Made by a program: the position numbers and the translations under genes. Under the pieces are notes generated by a model. That model was not told the origin of the DNA. It made no database searches and saw nothing but the letters and a program-made list of their open reading frames with translations. From Raillietiella orientalis (taxonomy: Eukaryota), in the NCBI GenBank assembly GCA_036172245.1, contig JAYWIR010000003.1:7378001-7418691 (forward strand): a stretch of 40,691 nt of DNA, written 5' to 3'. Positions 32,968 through 40,691 of this stretch are shown piece after piece; positions within the stretch are counted from its first letter, which is position 1; each line of letters starts with the position of its first letter.

Positions 32968-35686
32968 TCGGGGTGTGAGCTTTTGGCCGTGGATGTCTAA
33001 GCCCCGTAGTCGCCCGCTCTTCTCCATGAAAGACAGCGCCTCCATGTAAATAACGAACAGCATCGGACTTAGCGAGTCGCCCTGCCGAACTCCTCATTCC
33101 ATCCGAATGGCTGCCGTTTCTACCCCGTTGATCTTGATCCGGAAGCGTTGATTTCCGGAGAATGATTTCTACGAAGTTGCTGAAGTATTCCGGAAGTCCC
33201 AGCTTTTCCAGAATCTTCAGCAGCATCCCGTGATCTATGGTGTCGAAGACCTTCTCCATGTCGGTGAACGCCAGCACCAGGTTCCCACCGATGTGTCGGC
33301 TGAGTCTCACTGTGGCTTGGGCCCACTTGACATTGTCCGACTTGTCGCGTCCAGGCAGCGCACAAGTCTGGACTGGAGAGATTAGCTTCGGCATGATTTT
33401 GCCTAAGCGGTTGGCCCAAGTCTTTGCCAACCACTTGGCGTCGGAGTTGAGGATTGAGATCGGCCTCGCAAACTTCCATCTGTTCGCCATCTGGCGCGCC
33501 ATCCTGCTCCGCGGCCTTCTAGGAAAATTTCTGCTCGAACGACTCTTCGGATCTTAATGGTCTTCAGAATCGCCTCCAGGACATCCTGATGACAGGGATG
33601 GTTCTCGAACCAGGTGGGCATGCTGATGAGCGCCGCCCTGGTGCCTTGTCTTCGTCGAGGATTTTCCGTCCTTAGGGAAAACCGCAACAACGGGTGATCG
33701 GACAACGCAGTGAGCGTGTCCGGAAAGCCTTGTATGCGGTTCTCTAGTTCGGAATCGATGTGTTCGCTGATCGGGCGACCCAGCTTGTGGGTCACCTGCA
33801 GGCACACGATGTCTTGATGTGCGATGGTTCGCACAATCCTTCTTTTGACCTGGTCGATCAGACCATTTACATTCCAGGAGGCGATGTTAATCCTGTTGGC
33901 GGTCGATGGGGTTGAGGCCATAAAGGGGAAGACCTACTCTTGGCCTTCCTGAGCTTCTTCTGTCTGGGAGAGCGTGGTGCTCTTCCAGACGAAGAAGAGG
34001 GAGCGGTTTTCTCGCTGCCAGCGTCGCTCTCCGTCCCGGTGAGGTCGGTGAGGTCGGTGAGGTCGGCCTCCTCGGTGTAGTGTTCAGTTCGTGCGACGAG
34101 CTTCCGGGGTAACACTCTATCTCCACGTTTGCGCAGAAGTTTGCCTTCACGTCGAGAAGCTTATCCTCCAGCATCTCTCGCTCGGCAGTCTCCACCACCT
34201 GGTTGATGGTTTCTTGCGCATTGCAGATCTTCTGCAGGAGTTCCTGCTGAGGTCCGCTCTGCGCCTCCATGAGTTCTTCCGCCAGTTTCTCCACCTCCTC
34301 GGTGTTCTTCAGGGCAACCTGTGGCACCGGGGTGGGTTCTGACACTTTCACTTCTCCTTCCTCCGCTACCTCAATCCTCTCGCCTTCCTCCGCGCCTACT
34401 GCTTGGGCAAGTGCAGTTTCCTGCTCCTTAACGAGCATCTTCCTCTTCCCCTTCTCCCCTATCTCCACAAAACCGTCCGCCGAAAGCGGGGCGGCCTCCT
34501 TGGCCTTTGTCTGTTTACCTGATTTTGAGGTTTCGCAACCTCCGTCAAAACCTTCTCCCTCCCGGTGGATTGACCCCGCATAGTCCGGTAGTTTGCCAAC
34601 TCCGGACAGCACCACCTCGCGTGCCCTGGCTGCTTGCAGAACGAGCACACCTCGAGCATGACAGCCGCGCACCTGGAGTCCTTACTTCCCACAGCGAAAG
34701 CACTTAGACCTGGGACACGCGCTCATTCTGTGACTGCAATTTTTGCAACCGGTGCAGAACACCGGCTGCTGCCTATAATATACGGAGACCTGCGTGTAAC
34801 CGTCTATATGTACGATCCTCGTGATCTGTGCTCCCTCGCTCAACTTCAACTTGGCGTTCACCTCGTCCGAAAAGATCTTCCCTGTTATGTTCTGGAATTG
34901 CAAGTCCAGAACCTCCCCGAACTTGGACAAATAGTCCCAAACCGTCATTTGCGTGGTGGTCATCCCCATGCCTCTCAACAGAACGCTTGTGTACGGCATT
35001 TCGCCGATCCTACCAACCATTCGCCCCTGTATATTAATGCTCGTCTCGATGAGGGCCTCACGTAGTGGTTCACTATCCGAGTAGATGATGAACCCCGGCG
35101 TAGTCGGGATGATCGCCTTAATGCTATCGAAGTCTACATTTGTCTTGTAGAGAGACAGTTAGACCTCTCTGACGTTATGTAACCGGATTAAGCCATTCTT
35201 CAAGGTGACGGACTTTATGTTCGGACCAACCCGAACGATCGGCTCGTCCACCCTGGCCAGCTTCCCCCTTTCCGGTTTCCCGAAACTTCTTTGCGGCTGG
35301 GCACTAGCCTGGCCCGCTGCCACCGCCGCATACGAAAAAGGCTTTGCAGCCGAACAAGATCACATTTCATCCTGCACCCTATGCGCAGCGTGGACGCCCG
35401 CAGGTCCCGCCTGGGACGTCGCCGCTGCAGGCACGATCCTCGACGTTGCCGCCGTCGCGGGCGCGAACCTAGGCATCGCCGCTGCCTCGCCATCGCCAAA
35501 CGTTACCTCCATTTCCATATGGGACGTCGGCCTCTTCGTCACACCTGTTGCCTGCATCCCCGCGGCTGCCACTGCCGCTAAGGAAGTTGGCAGGGCTTCC
35601 ACCGTGGATTCCTCGCCGCTGATGCTGCAGGTGTAGTGGATGATCCTCGCCTGCTCCATGAGTCCACACTCAATTTTTTACTAATT
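32968..35686 (-). mobile_element. Family-2 L1/Tx1-like unit I: ORF1 (ATG 35659; RRM-like region, CCHC knuckles) and internally deleted ORF2 (APE endonuclease start at 33921; RT cut before YADD)
   Basis: FCTGCKNCSH, KCFRCGK, CSFCKQPGH; IASWNVNGL..DIVCLQVTH, LSDH; RPISILNSDAKWLAK, DMEKVFDTIDH, VRQGDSLSPMLF. Confidence 0.92.
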
Positions 35687-35806
35687 TACCCTCTCGGGGC
35701 ACTCAAAAATTGCCGCGGCAGTGAGGTTAGTCACTGCCTTGGCGGGGTATTGAGTATAGTTTTCAACTAGCAATAATCGCGCCTCCCTTTCGTTCAGCGG
35801 CGGCAG
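35687..35806 (-). ncRNA. U4: U4 snRNA fragment (about nt 20 to 3' end), junction copy 1
   Basis: gccgctga..gaggcgcgattattgctagttgaaaactatactcaataccccgcc matches the recalled U4 5' stem-loop/K-turn and U4/U6 stem I region. It is followed by a central hairpin ggcagtga/tcactgcc, Sm site aatttttg and 3' hairpin tgccc-cgaga-gggta. Confidence 0.92.
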
Positions 35807-38800
35807 TTTTCCTCAAGTACCACAAGGGGTGGGGCAATTTATTGCACATGCAGGAAATCGAAACTTTGATTACGCACTTTTAAGTTCATTCCACTATCAC
35901 TTGGGGAGTCACTCAGGGAACTCTACGTTGGATTTGCACTTGGGAAGACTAAGTATGGGTTTGGGCTCGGGCAATACTTACTATCCTGCGAAGGATGTGT
36001 TTGTACGTCCATGCTTACACTTTCCCGCAGTTCCTGATTCCAATTTCCTTCTGGACGAGTCCTCGGAGGATGTCCATGGGATGTGCTGCCGTTCCGGTTT
36101 TCGCCATCTTCCACCATCGGATTAGGATGGCTTTAATGAACAAGGCAATGGTTATCCTAGCCATCGGATTATACAAGGGTGCACTGGCGTTCCCCTGAAA
36201 CATCAGCGCTAGTACTTCCGTGGTGGTGACGTCGGGTAGTCCTAAGAACCTTTTCAGGGTATCCCAGTACCGGGGGTATGTGGGACAGGTTAGGATGTGC
36301 AGTCTTGTTTTCCCATCTCCACACGCCTTGCATTTCCCGTATTCCACGTTTCCCGTTATGTGGTAGAACCTGGAACCACTCTGGATTCCGCCCTGATAAC
36401 ACATCAGGACTTAGTCCTGAACGTTCGGCGGTAGGTCACTCCTCCATAATGTTGTGCCAATCGCTAACAGATTGATCCTCAGACTTCCGTGGCGATCGGC
36501 AGCTTCATGGAGAGCACTGATGTCCTGTTTGTCTTCTTGAATGATTCTGCGGATGTTTTTCCTATCTAACCTGGATAACGCGAAGTTGTCGTTTTTCCAC
36601 ACCTCGCGGGTCCTGTGGGTGAATTTTTTCAGCATCATCTCGATATACCGAAGTATACGAGAATGGTGAAGGTTTCCTCCTCTTCTCCATTCCTGGATTT
36701 TCTTCAGGGTAACTCTGGGTTGCTGGTGGATCCAGCTCATTGCGTCAGCAGGCACGCGAAGCCTTCTAGGGATCACCAGGATGGATTCCTCCTGCCAGAG
36801 TTCCCTGCTTCGTGGCACAATCTTCAGCTGGTGCTTCTGTACCACCGGCTGTTTCCTCTTCCAGGTGGGATCGATAGTGTTCCAATCTCCTGCTTCGCCT
36901 AGCAGCGCAGTTATCAGGCCTCTCGAGCTGTTCAGCAACAACGCGTAGGCCCTGTGCGCTACATACGTCCAGTAATTCCAGTGAGTGGCTATGTCCAGGA
37001 TGTGTCGCGTATCCATTATTCCTATGGAGAGTGCAGGAGACTTTATCCCGGAACCGCCTTTTTCCCTGGGACGACACAGGGGTTTCAAACCAACTCCAGT
37101 AATTCCAGTGAGTGGCCCCACAGTGTTTTTCGCTGCAGATTCTCTACTTCTCTAGTGGTTTCCGTGTTCATCCTAGCGAAGGCTGCCACGATGAGTACCT
37201 TTGAAAGGAGTACTCCGTTCCATAGGTTGGCTCTCGAGATATTTCAAGAAACCTTGTTAAGTCGAGCGACAGAGATGTGTCCCTTAAAGTGTTTCCTGTA
37301 CAGCTTCTGTAAGGCTTAGACGATATCTTCAAACGAGTGTCTCTTCTGGCCGTTGTACTGATTGCACATGTCTGTTGCCCAATTCCTCTTCTCCAGTACT
37401 CCGACTTCCCTTTTACATTATGGAAAACGTACGGTCTCTCGTACTCCTCGAAGCACTTGGAGAGTGAGCGATCTTGCATGTTCCGCTCCCGGAACGCACC
37501 TTGCCTCAATCGTCTATCGCCAAACTGCATGTTCGCAAACAGTAATATCCTGTGTTTCCAGACGATGAAGAAGGAGCGGGTTTTTCGCTTACAGGGTCAC
37601 TCTCCGTCCCGGTGAGGTAGGTAAATTCGGCATCCTCATTAGAGTGTTCTGCTCGCGCGATGACCTTTATGGGTAGCGACTCTATCGCCACCTTCGCACA
37701 GAAGTTCGCCTTTACTTCGAGAAGCTGTTCCTCCAGCTTTTCTCGCTCGGCTACCCCCACCATCTGGTTCACAGTCTCCTGAGCATCGCAGATCTTCTGC
37801 AGGATTTGCTCCTGCTGGGGCCCACTTTGCACCTGCACGAGTTATTCTGATAGTTTTGCCAACTCTTCGGTGGATTGTCGGGCAGCCTACGATAACGGAG
37901 TGGCTTCTTTTTCCACTTTCGCGTCTTCCTGAACTCACTCCATTTTCTCGCCTTCCGCCGCTACTTCTAGACTTGGAGAGGCTTCCTGCACCTTGACGAG
38001 CATCCTCCTCTTCCCCTTCTTTCCGACTTCTATGAAGCAGTCCGCCGATACCGCGACAACTTCCTTAGTCTTTCTCGGCCTTCCTGCTGTCTTTTGAGGC
38101 TGTTCCGCCTCCTTTAAATTCCTCTCTCTCACGGGAGAGAGTCCACGAATCCTTCTGCAATTAGAAATTCCGGACAGCTCCATTTAGCATGCCCGTGCTT
38201 CTTGCAGAAGGAACAAACCTCCGGCTACGCGCAGTTTCGGACTTCGTGTCCAATCTTGCCGCAGCAGTAGCATGTTGATGTGGAGCAAGCGCAGGCCTTG
38301 GGGCCAAACTGCTTGCATCCGCTGCAAAATACCGGTTGCTGCCGGTAACGCACACTCACGCAGTGGGATCGTTCGTCTATGACGGCTATCCCGGGGATCA
38401 GCGCGGCATCATTAAGTTTTATTCTGGCGATCATGTCGCCAGAAAAGATTTTTTCAGAGAAGTTCTCGAACTCGAGGTCAAGAATTTCTCCAAACTGTTC
38501 AATGTATTTCTAAACCGTTAGTTATGGTGTGTAGATGGAAATACCGCGCATATAGACGGTCGCGTACGGCATCTCGCCGACACCACAGACCATCCTGCCT
38601 TGGATGTTGATCCCTTTCTCGATCAACCTTTCCCTGATGTTTTCACAGTCTGTGAAGACTGCAAACCCGGAATTGTTTGGAATGATCGCCTGAATGCGAC
38701 CAAAGTCCAAATCCGTCTTATCTAGGGACAGACATACTTCCCTGATGTTGCTGACCTTGATCAGCCCTGTTCGAAACATTCTGAACTTGACCTCCGCGCC

Positions 38801-39369
38801 AAGCTGGACAACATGCCGGTCCACCCTTTCTACCGTGCCCCTTAGGGGCTTCCCAAATTTTCGTGGCGGCTGGACACTAACCTGTCCCGCGGTCACCGAC
38901 GCGTAAAAAAATGGCTGTGTTCACGCAGCCGAGCAAGATGCCGTCGCATCTTGCGCTGCCTTCACCGCGTGGACGTCCGCGGGCCCCGCCTGGTACGCCG
39001 CCGCGGACGCAACACTCGACGTTGCCGTAGCCGCCACCGCGGTCGCGATCCTCGGCGTCGCCGCCACGGGCACGACCTCCACCGTGGCCGCTGCGGGCCT
39101 GACCCTTGGCATCGCCTCCACCGGCGCAGCAAAGCCCGCCACGGGCGCGATCCTCGGCGTCGCCGCCGCCGCCACCTCGCCGTTGCCATACGTTACCTCC
39201 ATGGTTTCCATGGGAAACGACGGCCTCACGTCTCCTGGTGCCTGCATCCTGGCAGCTGGTCTTGATGCTCGGGACGACTGCAGGTCTTCCACCGCGGACT
39301 CCTCGGCTCTCCTGGTGCTGTAGATGGTCCTCGGTTGCACTATTTCCACACTGGTCTTCCTGAAACACT
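35807..39369 (-). mobile_element. Family-2 unit II: degenerate ORF1 joined near 37555 to the post-RT part of ORF2 (endonuclease and RT core deleted), plus 3' UTR
   Basis: ORF1 knuckles FCSGCKQFG, CYCCGKIGH, CSFCKKHGH; LCRPREKGGSG; C-terminal CKACGDGKTRLHILTC; ends aataaattgccccaccccttgtggtacttgaggaaaac. Confidence 0.9.
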
Positions 39370-39489
39370 TGCCCTCTGGGGGCACTCAAACATTGCCGCG
39401 GCAGTGAGGTTAGTCACTGCCTTGGCGGAGTATTGGTTATAGTTTTCAACTAGCAATAATCGCGCCTCCCTTAAGTTCAGCGGCGGCGA
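39370..39489 (-). ncRNA. U4: U4 snRNA fragment (about nt 20 to 3' end), junction copy 2
   Basis: tcgccgccgctgaacttaagggaggcgcgattattgctagttgaaaactataaccaatactccgcc...ggcaatgtttgagtgcccccagagggca. Same structure as copy 1, with 10 differences in 120 nt by hand count, one of them in the Sm site. Confidence 0.92.
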
Positions 39490-40691
39490 TTTTCCCCAAG
39501 TCCCACAAGGGGTGGGGTAAATATATTTCACAGTTTTTGAAACACATTCATACTACAGTCTCATTCATACCACTGACACTTGATTACCGCTTTGAAGTAT
39601 CTGGGGTTTCTCAAGTTCTGCATTCCGGATGGGTTGCCGGATGTTTGGTCCCGGGCGTCGTCTTGAATCCTCTACAGGATGAACCGGTACGTCCGGGCAT
39701 GCATTCTTCCACAATTCCTGATGCCTATCTGCTTCTTGATGAGTCCTTGAAGGATCTCCATCGGAGGTGCGCCTCTTCTGCCTTATCTCATCTTAGACCA
39801 GCGCACAAGTATTGCGGTGATGAATAGGGCAATGGTCGTCCTAACCATTGGATTGTAACGGAGAACATTACCATCTCCCTGAAACATTCCGAAGATGATC
39901 TCCATTGTGGAGCTGGTGGTGAGTCCAATGATCCTATTCAGGATCAGCCAGACGTGTATCAATTTGGGACACTTAAAGACGTCAAGTCTGGTGTCGGTGT
40001 CGTCACATGCTACGCAGTCTTCATCTTCCCGTCTTCCGGTAAAGTACTGGAGTCTGGACCCGCTTTGGATTTCTCCATGATAAAACATCAGGAGGTTGTC
40101 CTGGGTCTTCGGCGGAAGGTCACTCCTCCAGAGCGTGGCGCCAATCGCTAGCAGGTTGATGCGATCGCTCCCGCAGCGTTCGGCAGCTTCTTGGAGGGCA
40201 CTGATGTCTTGGTCGTCTTCTCGAATGAGTCTTCTGAGGTTAATTTTGGTTACCCTAGACCACGCGAGATTGTTGTGGTTGATCCACACCTCACGGGTCA
40301 TATGGGTGTACCTTCCTAACATCATCTCTATATACGGAAGTATACGAGTATGATGCAGGTAACCTCCTCTTATCCACTCCTACATTCGTTCCACGATAAC
40401 TCCGGGCCGCCGGTAGATCCAGCTTCTCCTGTCCAAAGCGACCAGAAGCATCCAGGGGATCACCAGGATCGATTCCTCCTGCCAGAGTTCCCTGCTTCCC
40501 GGCACGATCTTGATTTTGTGCTTCCGCACCAGCCGTTGCTTCCTCCTCCAGGTTGGGTCCATGGACATCCAATCTCCTGCTCGGCCTAGCAGCGCAGTCA
40601 TAAGGCCTATCGTGTTGTTTCACAACAACGCGTAGGCCCTGTGTGCTGCGTACGGCCAGTCATCCCAGCGGGTGGCTATGTCCAGGATGTG
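39490..40691 (-). mobile_element. Family-2 unit III: ORF2 C-terminal part and 3' UTR; runs off the window
   Basis: Homologous to 36015-37010 (RINLLAIGATLWRSDLPP, CVACDDTDTRLDVFKCP); ends tttaccccaccccttgtgggacttggggaaaa directly against U4. Confidence 0.92.

Noticed and set aside
34039..34067. Short tandem repeat (gaggtcggt x3)
   Set aside because: Ordinary slippage inside ORF1; no spacers, so not CRISPR-like. No CRISPR array was seen anywhere in the window.
39470..39483. ccgctgaacttaag (minus strand) resembles the 5' region of 28S rRNA (ACCCGCTGAACTTAAGC)
   Set aside because: Only 14 nt; it lies within the U4 5' stem-loop, the second copy reads gaacgaaagg, and there is no flanking rRNA similarity.

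Overview
Eukaryotic (metazoan, probably invertebrate) repeat-rich genomic DNA; nothing indicates a prokaryotic origin. Left half: a ~5 kb inverted duplication (about 730-5770 and 14645-19674). Each arm carries a six-exon cathepsin-L-like (papain C1A) gene whose catalytic Cys is replaced by Asp, and each copy has a different frameshift. The arms are surrounded by decayed, nested L1/Tx1-like non-LTR retrotransposons (family 1) that end in a conserved AATAAA-hairpin-GAAAAC tail without poly(A). Right third (27.6-40.7 kb, all recognisable elements on the minus strand): a second L1/Tx1-like family whose ORF1 is preceded by spliceosomal snRNA sequence. Two head-to-tail junctions contain U4 from about nt 20 to its 3' end, and a more distant relative is preceded by the 3' part of U1. 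One unit's RT runs directly into endogenous viral elements: a CRESS-DNA virus Rep fragment, then a chuvirus-like nucleoprotein, with a second chuvirus-like N fragment about 1 kb further on. The best candidate for an undescribed system is the snRNA-headed, possibly U4-targeting and target-restoring retrotransposon array. All identifications are by eye, from motifs and recalled consensus sequences; no searches were run.
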